Shown here one piece after another: positions 9,735 through 18,186 of a stretch of 64,000 nucleotides of DNA. The stretch lies in IMG/VR virus record IMGVR_UViG_3300035510_000286, positions 64,001 through 128,000 of that record; one strand, written 5' to 3'. The number at the start of each line of letters is the position of its first letter. The first letter of the stretch is position 1. This DNA comes from a virus (Duplodnaviria > Caudoviricetes). The translations under genes were made by a program, and so were the position numbers. Under the pieces are notes generated by a model. The model did no database searches. It was not told the origin of the DNA and worked only from the letters and a program-made list of their open reading frames with translations.

Positions 9735-9990
9735 GCGATCGCTGCACGTCGCTTAATTATTAGATGCAGTAAAGATACGAGTATGGTATCCGGCGCTTCG
9801 ATAGTCGTTAAAGGTGAGATAAAACTGAATCGAAAAGCGTTACATTGGTTTAATACTTAAGCTACCACCGGCTTTAGGAGATACGTGGCATTGTGAGAAC
9901 GCTATATAAGAAGCAAAGTAAAGTATATCCAGGTTTAAGAGTACCTTGGGTTTTAGAAACTTGTGAAGCCTAAAACATTGAACTCTTTTA
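9735..9990 (+). ncRNA. candidate structured ncRNA between two tRNAs
   Basis: About 250 nt with no ORF and a series of helices (GCTGCA/TGCAGT, GATAC/GTATC, CGCTTCGAT/ATCGAAAAGCG, GCTAC/GTGGC, AAGAGT/ACTCTT, GTTTTAG/CTAAAAC). Confidence 0.4.
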
Positions 9991-9993
9991 TAT

Positions 9994-10082
9994 ACGGGAA
10001 TCGCCTAGCGGCTGAGGGCAATGGGCTTTGACCCCATTAGGTATTATACCTCACGTTGGTTCAAATCCAACTTCCCGTGCCA
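9994..10082 (+). tRNA. tRNA-Gln(TTG) with an unusual long variable arm
   Basis: ATGGG-CTTTGAC-CCCAT; variable hairpin AGGTATTATACCT; G73-CCA. Confidence 0.85.
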
Positions 10083-10097
10083 AGAAAGGAAAGTAGA

Positions 10098-10775
10098 ATG
10101 ACTTGTGGAATTTATAAAATTGAAAATATGATTAATCATCATATTTATATCGGACAAAGTCGTAATATTGAAAAAAGATGGAATAATCATAAACGAGTTA
10201 AAGAAGAAGAAAAGCACGCTATACATAGGGCTATTGATAAATATGGCATCGAGAATTTTTCTTTTGATATTATAGAAAAATGTGAGCCAGATAAATTAAA
10301 TGAAAGAGAAATCTATTGGATAAGTAAATATAATAGTTACGAAAGAGGATATAATGAGACCCGCGGAGGACAAGGGTTTGCAGCTACAGTCAAGTTGACT
10401 TTATCCCAGGTTGAAGAAATAACTAATTTATTAAAAACAAATCAATATACTAATTTAGAAATAGCAAAAAAATTTGAAGTTTCAGAAAATACAATTTGTG
10501 GCATTAATACTGGTTATAATTGGAAAAGACAAGGCATTGACTATCCAATAGCAAAAGAAAGAGTTAAACCTGCTCAACAAAATTATTGTATTGATTGTGG
10601 AAAATTAATAACTTCTCAAGCTGTAAGATGCGTAAAATGCGCTTCTATAGCCTCTCGTAAAGTAAATAGGCCCAATAAAGAAGAATTGAAAGATTTTTTA
10701 ATTAAAAACAATGGCAATTTTACTAAAGCTAGTTAGAAATATGGAGTATCTGATTAGGCTATTAGAAAATGGTGA
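10098..10775 (+). CDS. free-standing GIY-YIG homing endonuclease (TAG=Gln at 10734 and 10755)
   Basis: GIYKIEN...YIGQS, LNEREIYWI, GYNET.GG; readthrough gives the HTH KAS(Q)KYGVSD(Q)AIRKW. Confidence 0.88.
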
Positions 10776-10829
10776 CTTACCTTATCATTCAAGAGATTAT
10801 AAAATAAAAAATAATTAAATCTTATAATA

Positions 10830-10933
10830 AGACGCTTACAGCAACTTTTTAAAACAAGTAATTTGATTAATGTACTTTCAAAAAGTAGTGCCTTTCTTTG
10901 CGGAGATTGGATAACAAAATTTAAAGCGTCTAG
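10830..10933 (+). ncRNA. ACAGCAA-stem element, copy 1
   Basis: AGACGC-TT-ACAGCAA...GCGTCT-AG terminal helix. Confidence 0.55.
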
Positions 10934-10959
10934 TTTATTTAAAAAGGAGCAAGAGAAAA

Positions 10960-11187
10960 ATGATTCATTTTAGTGATTGTGGAACTTGTAACTCTGCTTT
11001 TAATTTCAATGCGGTTTCTGCGGATGCGGCTGCGCGAGAGCTAGCTATGCATCCCGAGTGGGTTAGAGATGAAGTGGCACAGGACCGGGTTTGCCGCAAA
11101 TATGGCATTTTCTTAGACCAGATTACAGATGATGAAGCATCTTACATTTCTTCTCTTGTTATTGAATACGCGAGGGCAATGCGATGA
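10960..11187 (+). CDS. hypothetical protein
   Basis: 75 aa ORF with AAGGAG RBS. Confidence 0.6.
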   Translation: MIHFSDCGTCNSAFNFNAVSADAAARELAMHPEWVRDEVAQDRVCRKYGIFLDQITDDEASYISSLVIEYARAMR

Positions 11188-11330
11188 AATTTAAAGATTT
11201 AGAAAGAGGTATGTTTCGCTGGAAAGGCTTAGTTTATACTAAGTTTTGTAGGACGGCAGCGGCTGTTATTACTTCTGGTAAAGTAGTTAGATTTGAAGCA
11301 GAAGAAGAGATAGAAGAAATGTGAAAATAT

Positions 11331-11406
11331 TCTAGTGTAGCTTAGTAGGTTAAAGCCTCCGACTTATAATCGGAAAACTAGGGTTCAAATCCCTACACTA
11401 GGACCA
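11331..11406 (+). tRNA. tRNA-Ile(TAT)
   Basis: TCCGA-CTTATAA-TCGGA; CCA. Confidence 0.9.
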
Positions 11407-11476
11407 AGCGCTTCGCGCTACATATACCTTGCCTCCAGTGTTTTAGTCCTAAGTATGACTTAAAACTGCTTAATAT

Positions 11477-11553
11477 GCGTCAGTGGCCAAGTTGGTAAGG
11501 CTCCAAACTTTTAATTTGGAAATGCGTGAGTTCAAGTCTCACCTGACGCACCA
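11477..11553 (+). tRNA. tRNA-Lys(TTT)
   Basis: CCAAA-CTTTTAA-TTTGG; CCA. Confidence 0.9.
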
Positions 11554-11556
11554 TTT

Positions 11557-11616
11557 TAGACACTCACAGCAACTATTCTAAAGATTTAATGTTATAAAAT
11601 TTTTGCCTGTGTCTAG
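11557..11616 (+). ncRNA. ACAGCAA-stem element, copy 2
   Basis: TAGACAC-TC-ACAGCAA...GTGTCTA-G, starting 3 nt after the tRNA-Lys CCA. Confidence 0.55.
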
Positions 11617-11764
11617 TTATTTTAAATTTAGAAAGGAGAATATGAATGTACGATATTGATGATTTTATTTTTGGAAATGAGACTCCCACTATCAGCAATA
11701 GATGAATATGATGTATAATGCGGCCGATGGTGGTTCCAAGCCCACACAAACGCAGAGGATACAT

Positions 11765-11854
11765 AGAGGATTACCCAAGTTAGGTTATAAGGGGTCAGTT
11801 CGCTAAACTGATAGGGCTACGGCCGCAAGAGTTCAAATCTCTTATCCTCTGCCA
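11765..11854 (+). tRNA. tRNA-Ser(GCT), C at position 33
   Basis: TCAGT-TCGCTAA-ACTGA; long variable arm; G73-CCA. Confidence 0.85.
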
Positions 11855-11857
11855 TAG

Positions 11858-11897
11858 TAGATACCAACAGCAAACTTTCTGGTAATGTAGTATCTAG
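11858..11897 (+). ncRNA. ACAGCAA-stem element, copy 3
   Basis: TAGATAC-CA-ACAGCAA...GTATCTA-G, starting 3 nt after the tRNA-Ser CCA. Confidence 0.55.
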
Positions 11898-11901
11898 TTT
11901 T

Positions 11902-11936
11902 AAGGCTTCCTTCTTACGAGGGAAGCCTTTCTTTTA
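11902..11936 (+). terminator. intrinsic terminator closing tRNA cluster 1
   Basis: AAGGCTTCCTT...GAGGGAAGCCTT followed by T-tract. Confidence 0.8.
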
Positions 11937-11949
11937 TGCTTAAAACCCT

Positions 11950-11986
11950 GGACAAAAATATGTAATTCATAGTTTTAATTTTTTAG
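11950..11986 (+). promoter_or_regulatory. candidate second-class (late?) phage promoter
   Basis: GGACAAAA-N5-TAA-N14-TTTTTA; similarly spaced copies at 1662, 7538, 30664, 46508, 49467, 59311 and 581 (minus strand). Confidence 0.5.
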
Positions 11987-12024
11987 AATACTATGAGATA
12001 GTATTGAAAAGGGGAGACTTGCAT

Positions 12025-12360
12025 ATGATTACAGCTAGTACAAATAATATTCGCAAGACTTTCTATAATATGGCTGAGTTCTTATGCGATTATCAAAGTG
12101 ATGTAGCTGATCTGCCTACTGATTGCGGCGTTGGCTCTAAAGCTACTGTAATCGAGAACTCTAATGTTTATATCCTAAATGGCGCAAAACTTTGGATCTT
12201 GCAAAGTAGCGGCAATACTTCTGGAGGTAACTCCTCTGGCGGAAACACACCCAACACAGGCGACACTATTATCTATGAGGGCGGCGATTTGGAAGATTCT
12301 TCCAGCGACGATAACAATAGTAATGTAGTCTATGAAGGTACGGATTTAGATTTAGGCTAA
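12025..12360 (+). CDS. hypothetical structural-module protein
   Basis: GGGGAG RBS; DLPTDCGVGSKATVIE motif. Confidence 0.65.
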   Translation: MITASTNNIRKTFYNMAEFLCDYQSDVADLPTDCGVGSKATVIENSNVYILNGAKLWILQSSGNTSGGNSSGGNTPNTGDTIIYEGGDLEDSSSDDNNSNVVYEGTDLDLG

Positions 12361-12380
12361 TTATAGAGGGGTGAAGAAAT

Positions 12381-12746
12381 TTGGCCGAAGTAGTTTATAA
12401 TACTATATTTAAATTCAAACGTGGTAGTGCGGAAACATGGACACGACTAAACCCGGTTCTTGAATCTGGTGAGCCTGGATATGAAAAAGATACAGGTAAA
12501 CTTAAGATTGGTGATGGCACTACTGCTTGGAATGATTTAAAATACTTCGAAGGAGAAGGTACACTTTCTCCTGACGGAAAAACACTTACTATAAGTGGTG
12601 ATGCAATTTCTCTTATGGGGTTTGAAACGGCTTCTGCAGGCCAGTCTATTCGCAAAACCGAATCTGGAGAAATTGAGTGGTTTAAACCTCTTTCCGCAGA
12701 TGATACTTTAGTTCTATATGGTGGTTCTGCTACCGATAACATCTGA
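12381..12746 (+). CDS. tail-fibre-associated protein with hyaluronidase/Mtd N-terminal-like domain
   Basis: KRGSAETWTRLNPVLESGEPGYEKDTGKLKIGDGTTAWNDLKY. Confidence 0.8.
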   Translation: MAEVVYNTIFKFKRGSAETWTRLNPVLESGEPGYEKDTGKLKIGDGTTAWNDLKYFEGEGTLSPDGKTLTISGDAISLMGFETASAGQSIRKTESGEIEWFKPLSADDTLVLYGGSATDNI

Positions 12747-12760
12747 ATAAGGAGGTTAAT

Positions 12761-13258
12761 ATGAACGCTATTATTCGTCTTAGACGAGACAATGACTATA
12801 ACTATGCTAAGATTGCAGATACTTTCGTTCCTGCTAATGGAGAAATCTGTCTAGTGGATACCGCATCAAAAGGCTTAATGGCAGTGTGCGGCGATGGCGT
12901 TACTGCATTCTCTGGGCTAGAATATAGTAATGAAATTGTTATATTAGGTTACTTCTTTGAAGGAGCCTTTTATAAAGACTCAGAGCATACTGAACTCTAT
13001 AATGCTTTGAGTAATAGAGTTTATGTGGATTCAGAATAGGGAGCTTTTTACTATGATGGGAATGAATTCGTGTCTTTAAGTGGCTCTCTACCTACCGCTT
13101 CCGCACAGACTGCTGGTGTTATGAAGCTTTATGATACTACGGGTGATGCTATCGATGGTTCGATGACTCAACGTAGTATCACAGAAAATCTTAATAAAAA
13201 GATTGAAGCTTCTTTAAATGCCGAAGAAGAAGAGTTAATTATTTCAAAACTAATTTAA
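12761..13258 (+). CDS. tail-fibre-associated protein with Mtd_N-like start (TAG=Gln at 13037)
   Basis: ORFs 12761-13039 and 13070-13258 are in one frame, separated only by TAG. Confidence 0.75.
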
Positions 13259-13274
13259 TGGAGGAATTTAAACA

Positions 13275-14507
13275 ATGGCTTATACTTATGAGAATACTCC
13301 TGTCCTTTCAAAGGTTAAGATTGGCGACAGTGTTTATTTTGTCAAGGACGCTGACGTCCGTGCTATAATCGACGAATATGGTGACATTGTTTCTTACAAT
13401 GTTGAGACTACTCTGACTGATGGTTCTAACATTCCTACTGGTGCTGCTGTTACTGCCGCTATTAAGAATGGTGTTGCTGGTGTCACTGGCGCAATGCACT
13501 TCATCGGCGTTAAGGACTCCGTGCCTACAGACTATGATGGTGCTGCCGGTGATTTAATTATTGTCGGTACTAAAGAGTATGTCTATGATGGTAAGAATTT
13601 TGTTGAGCTCGGCGATGAGGCCATTTATCTGACTACTGCTTCTGCTGAGACTAACTATGTGCAGAAAACCTTCACCATTGCTGGCATTGATATGCAGGAC
13701 GACATCACAGTTGCTGAGATTAAGAGTGCTCTTGGTCTAAAGGCTCTTGCATATAAGGATTCCGCTTCTGGTTCTTTATCTGATTATGTTACCGGTCTTA
13801 CTGGTGCTGATTATACTCCTGCTGGTACTATCGCAGCTTCTGTGGCTACGACTGCTACTACTATTGAGTCCACTGGCGCATATACTCCTGCCGGTTCAGT
13901 TACTGGTACAGTGACTCCTACCGGTACTGTGGCAATTGCTGCTGATAATGCTAATGGTTTCCAGATTACTGGTTCTGTTGACGCTCCTACTGTTACAGTG
14001 ACTCCTGCTACTGCTCAAGTGCAGCACATTAAGTCTGTTGGTACTTTACCTTCTTATACTGCTGCTTCTTATACCGCTCCTAGCGTGTCTGAGACTACAG
14101 GCTCTTTTGCTACAGCCGGTATGACCGCTTCAGTTGAAGATGAAGTGCTGACTTTCGCTGATGCTTCTACAGCTAGTGCTCTGACTGCTACTGGATTTAA
14201 GGCAGGTTCTTTCACCGATGGTACTTTCTCTGCTGGTACTCTGCCCACTCTGGCTGATGCTCAGACTGTTGTGACTGGTATTACATCTGCTACCGCAAGT
14301 GCACCTACTTTCACTGGCGGCAAGATTTCTGCTACCTTCACTGGTACTTCTGATAATATCTCTGCTAAGTTCACTGGTACCGAGGGCTCTGTGAGTGTGT
14401 CTGGTAGCTATGATAAGGCTACTAGCGCTTCTGCCGAGTTTACTGGTACTAAGGCTACTATTACTCCCACTCTTACTAAGGGTTCTAAAACTGTTACTGT
14501 TTCCTGA
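13275..14507 (+). CDS. Thr/Gly/Ser-rich virion fibre or decoration protein
   Basis: 410 aa; YTPAG and FTGT repeats; codon bias of a highly expressed gene. Confidence 0.7.
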   Translation: MAYTYENTPVLSKVKIGDSVYFVKDADVRAIIDEYGDIVSYNVETTLTDGSNIPTGAAVTAAIKNGVAGVTGAMHFIGVKDSVPTDYDGAAGDLIIVGTKEYVYDGKNFVELGDEAIYLTTASAETNYVQKTFTIAGIDMQDDITVAEIKSALGLKALAYKDSASGSLSDYVTGLTGADYTPAGTIAASVATTATTIESTGAYTPAGSVTGTVTPTGTVAIAADNANGFQITGSVDAPTVTVTPATAQVQHIKSVGTLPSYTAASYTAPSVSETTGSFATAGMTASVEDEVLTFADASTASALTATGFKAGSFTDGTFSAGTLPTLADAQTVVTGITSATASAPTFTGGKISATFTGTSDNISAKFTGTEGSVSVSGSYDKATSASAEFTGTKATITPTLTKGSKTVTVS

Positions 14508-14539
14508 TTTAAGCAATTACTAAAGGACGGTGAAAGTAA

Positions 14540-15724
14540 GTGGCAGAATTATCTAAAATAAAATTAGGTGGCACCACTTACACCATTAAAGATAAAGATG
14601 CGAGGGATCGTCTTGATGCCGTTGAGACGACCCTCGCATCGGGGCTTATCTTTAAGGGTACAGTCTCAAGTGCTGCCGGTATTACAGGATTAACAAATTA
14701 TAAAATTGGTTGGACTTACAAAGCCTCTGCCTCTTTTAGTATAACAAATATAGGAAGCATAGAATCAGGAGACATGATTATTTGTGTTTCTGAGTATAGT
14801 TCTTCCTATAAAGCAACAGACTGGACTGTGGTTCAGAATAATGTTGATACATTTACAGGCGCAAGTGCGAGTGCGGCAGGTACAAGGGGTTTAGTACCCG
14901 GGCCCTCCGCAGGCAGTCAAGCTAAGTTCTTGCGTGGAGATGCAACTTGGGCATCTATAGACTCAGTACCTAAATTAACTACTGCCCGCACAATAACTGT
15001 AGGTGGCGATGAATCAGGTTCTGCTTCTTTTGATGGCTCTTCTAATGTTACTATCAATCTAACTGATAATCGCTTTGTAATGGGCACTCAGACAGCTTCT
15101 ACTGCAGATTGGACTGGTAATTTACATGGCGTCAAAGCATTATATGATGGACTTTGTATTAATTATTGGCTTCCTTATGCTTCTGTGAGTAGTACTAATG
15201 TTACTTTAAATTTAACTCTCGACGATGGTACTACTACAGGCGCTATTGATTGTTATAGATGGGCAACTTCAAGATTAACTACGCATTATGGGGCCAATTA
15301 TCTTGTTACATTAACCTATCATTCTGGAGTAAATATTAATGGAACTACTTATACTGGTTGGTGGGCTACTGGTGATGCAAATTCCACTTATTCTAATGCT
15401 TCACTAGGATAGGGTTATGCAACGTGCTCAACAGCGGCAGCGACTGCGGCAAAGGCAGCTTCTTTAAGTAGTTATTCTTTAACTACTGGAGGTATTGTTG
15501 CTGTTAAATTCACTTATGATGTTCCTGCAAGTGCTACTTTGGATATAAATTCTAAAGGCGCAAAAAATATTTACTACAACGGAGCAGCCATTAAAGCTGG
15601 AGTAATAAATGCCGGAGATATAGCTTATTTTATTTATAGCTCTCAATATCATTTACTAGGGAAAAATACCACTTTAGATGACGTAGCTTCTGCTTTAGAC
15701 AGTGTTACATGGTTTGATTTTTGA
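14540..15724 (+). CDS. tail fibre protein (TAG=Gln at 15410)
   Basis: GLVPGP..G...KFLRGDATW and ARTI...G..SGSASFDGS fibre motifs; readthrough gives ASLG(Q)GYATCSTAAATAAK, in frame with 15539-15724. Confidence 0.8.
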
Positions 15725-15729
15725 TACTA

Positions 15730-15760
15730 GGGGACTCGTTTATGAGTCCCCTTTTTTCTT
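15730..15760 (+). terminator. intrinsic terminator
   Basis: GGGGACTC...GAGTCCCC followed by T-tract. Confidence 0.8.
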
Positions 15761-15940
15761 TAGATTTAAGGATCTTTTTTATAAAAATCTTTGAAATTTC
15801 AAAAAAAATATCATATAATATTATTGTAGTTAAGGGAACAAAACTACAACAAGGTTTACTTTTATGGGTGTTTGAAAGGGTTGGTCAACGAGGAACCCAA
15901 ATCCTCCGTCGAGCTGTGGAACGTAGCCTGGGCTCTTTAT

Positions 15941-16014
15941 GGTAGATTAGTTTAATGGTAAAACGAGATACTTGTAATATCTTGTTGCCTGTTCAATTCA
16001 GGCATCTACCTCCA
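15941..16014 (+). tRNA. tRNA-Thr(TGT)
   Basis: AGATA-CTTGTAA-TATCT; CCA. Confidence 0.9.
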
Positions 16015-16017
16015 AAT

Positions 16018-16106
16018 GGAGCGGTACTGAAGCGGTCATAACAGCCTAGTCTTGAAAACTAGCGTGTCTACGAGGCACGGGGGTTCGAATCCCTCTCGCT
16101 CCGCCA
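16018..16106 (+). tRNA. tRNA-Ser(TGA)
   Basis: CTAGT-CTTGAAA-ACTAG; long variable arm; G73-CCA. Confidence 0.92.
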
Positions 16107-16206
16107 GATATAATTCCACAGATAGCAATAGAAAAAAGAAGCGAGAAATTAAATGTAGAAAATAATGTAGAAAGAACCTAAAGATTAAGCAAGCTATCTT
16201 ACATAT

Positions 16207-16281
16207 GGAGGTGTAGTGTAATGGTAGCACAGAGGGCTCTAACCCCTCGGGTCTTGGTTCGATTCTGAAGCGCCTCTGCCA
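16207..16281 (+). tRNA. amber suppressor tRNA (anticodon CTA), probably Gln-charged
   Basis: GAGGG-CT CTA AC-CCCTC (anticodon 16239-16241); Gln-like loop; G73-CCA. Confidence 0.9.
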
Positions 16282-16330
16282 GACTAAAAGGGAGGGAAAC
16301 CTCCCTTTATTTTTTTTTATAGGAGAAATT

Positions 16331-17569
16331 ATGTATAAAGAACATTACCCGTTTTTTAGTAGCGTGTGTTTGAACCTCACTGACGCGTGCAACCTAGAAT
16401 GCAAGTATTGCTTTGTTAAGCAATGTAACCACTATATGACTTACGAAATTGCAGAACAAAGCGTTGATTTTTTAATGAATAATGTTAAACAAAAGGAAGA
16501 ATTAACTGGAATTAAGCAAGATCCTTCTATCACTTACTTTGGCGGTGAACCTACTATAATGTGGGATAGTATTATTGTGCCGCTAACTAAGCATATTAGA
16601 GAGAAGTATGGAGATACTATTACTCTTACAATGACTACTAATGGGACGCTACTGAATAAGGAAAGAATTGATTTTATGCGGAAGTATGATATCTATCCTC
16701 ATCTTTCTTTCGATGGTCCTAAAGAAGTTCAAGATAAAAATCGTCCAATGCGGAATGGGCAAAGTAGTTATGAGGCGGCGGCTTCCAATATTTCCTATTT
16801 ATTACAAAATTTTCCAAACACCGCTATGAGAGCAACCATTGACCAAGCTACAGTTGATGGCACTTTTAACTCGTATGTTTTCGCTATGGAGCACGGTTTC
16901 CGCAATTTCTTTACAATGCCTAATGGCAGAGAAACTTGGTCAGAAGAAAATATTCAAAAACTTGATGAAGAAGTAGAAAAGATTTTTGCGTTGATGTATC
17001 TACAGTTTTCTGAAGGTCATAAACCTTTTACTTCTTTTTCTCGTATTGATAAAACTTATGAAGATATACTGAATAGAGATTTACAGTTCTATCATAATAG
17101 ATTTAACAATGTTTCTATTCATCGTGAACCTTTTAGATGCGGCCTTGGTACTACTTCTGCTTCTATCTCTTATGATGGTAGAATTTATGCTTGCCAAGAA
17201 CAAGATTCCTATGGAAATAGTTTTTTCTTTATTGGTGATATTTGGAATGGCGTAGATAGAAAAAAGCATGAAGCTTTATTAGATGAATATACGAAAGAAG
17301 CAATAAATCAGTGTGAGAAGCCTGAACTCTGCAAAACTTGTCCTTTGCGGCAGGTGTGTCAGACTAATGGTTGTCCTTCTTCTAACTATGACACCTATGA
17401 AGATTTCTTTATTAATCCAGAAGTAGCTTGTAGATGGAATCAAATCTTATTTAAGCACGCTATCAACATGATGAGATGTCTGGTAGAAGAAAATAATTTA
17501 GCCTTTAAAGATTATTTAGATAATGAATGTCATTATAAAAATTATTATAGAAAGGAGGAAAAGCAATGA
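16331..17569 (+). CDS. radical SAM/SPASM domain protein (peptide-maturase-like)
   Basis: CNLECKYC (CxxxCxxC), YFGGEP, TTNGTLL, SFDG; SPASM C..G..YAC...CKTC.....C....C...C. Confidence 0.92.
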   Translation: MYKEHYPFFSSVCLNLTDACNLECKYCFVKQCNHYMTYEIAEQSVDFLMNNVKQKEELTGIKQDPSITYFGGEPTIMWDSIIVPLTKHIREKYGDTITLTMTTNGTLLNKERIDFMRKYDIYPHLSFDGPKEVQDKNRPMRNGQSSYEAAASNISYLLQNFPNTAMRATIDQATVDGTFNSYVFAMEHGFRNFFTMPNGRETWSEENIQKLDEEVEKIFALMYLQFSEGHKPFTSFSRIDKTYEDILNRDLQFYHNRFNNVSIHREPFRCGLGTTSASISYDGRIYACQEQDSYGNSFFFIGDIWNGVDRKKHEALLDEYTKEAINQCEKPELCKTCPLRQVCQTNGCPSSNYDTYEDFFINPEVACRWNQILFKHAINMMRCLVEENNLAFKDYLDNECHYKNYYRKEEKQ

Positions 17570-18186
17570 GCTGTGAAACTTGTGTTAGCTGCGAAGTTTG
17601 CGATGGATGCAATACTTGTAATAATAGTTGTAATAGCTGCAACAATGGTAATTGTACAGTTTGTACTGACGGAGAAACGTATTGCGATACCGAAGAGGTT
17701 TATAGCACTGATTGTTCTAATAAGTTTAAATGGAACGGTGGTGTCAATACAGGAGATGCAATAATTACACTTACCGACTGGAATAGACTTCCTGATTATG
17801 TTAAAGCTTTAAGAAGTAAAGGTAAAGGTGGCAAAGACACTAGTACAATTACAAAACAAACCGATAAAGAAGTTAAAGCATCTTGGTTTAATACTTATGC
17901 TAATTTAGTAGGAAGTAGTAAAACTGCAACCGCTGGAAAAACTCTTATATACGGTTCATATTTCCAAGATTTAGCTGATTGTGCTAATAAGTTAAAGTAT
18001 GAAAAGACTCAATGTGCTAGCTGTAATACGGGATGTAAAAGCTGCGATAGTAGCTGTGAAGGTAACTGCAATCAATGTAAATCAGGTAATACTGCAAGCA
18101 CCAAATGCAAAAGTGGAAATACCTGTACTACAGATTGCAGTGAGACGACTAGTGGATCAAGCCCTTGCAGCTTAAGTGAGAGATAA
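17566..18186 (+). CDS. Cys-rich protein (24 Cys, CxxC/CxxxC repeats at both ends); candidate radical SAM substrate
   Basis: ATGA overlap with the rSAM gene; GGAGG RBS. Confidence 0.8.
   Translation: MSCETCVSCEVCDGCNTCNNSCNSCNNGNCTVCTDGETYCDTEEVYSTDCSNKFKWNGGVNTGDAIITLTDWNRLPDYVKALRSKGKGGKDTSTITKQTDKEVKASWFNTYANLVGSSKTATAGKTLIYGSYFQDLADCANKLKYEKTQCASCNTGCKSCDSSCEGNCNQCKSGNTASTKCKSGNTCTTDCSETTSGSSPCSLSER

Noticed and set aside
10830-11897. ACAGCAA elements as CRISPR repeats or terminators
   Set aside because: Irregular spacing between tRNAs, large variable loops and no proper U-tract.
12381-13258. Diversity-generating retroelement suggested by Mtd_N-like domains
   Set aside because: No reverse transcriptase or TR/VR pair seen in the window.
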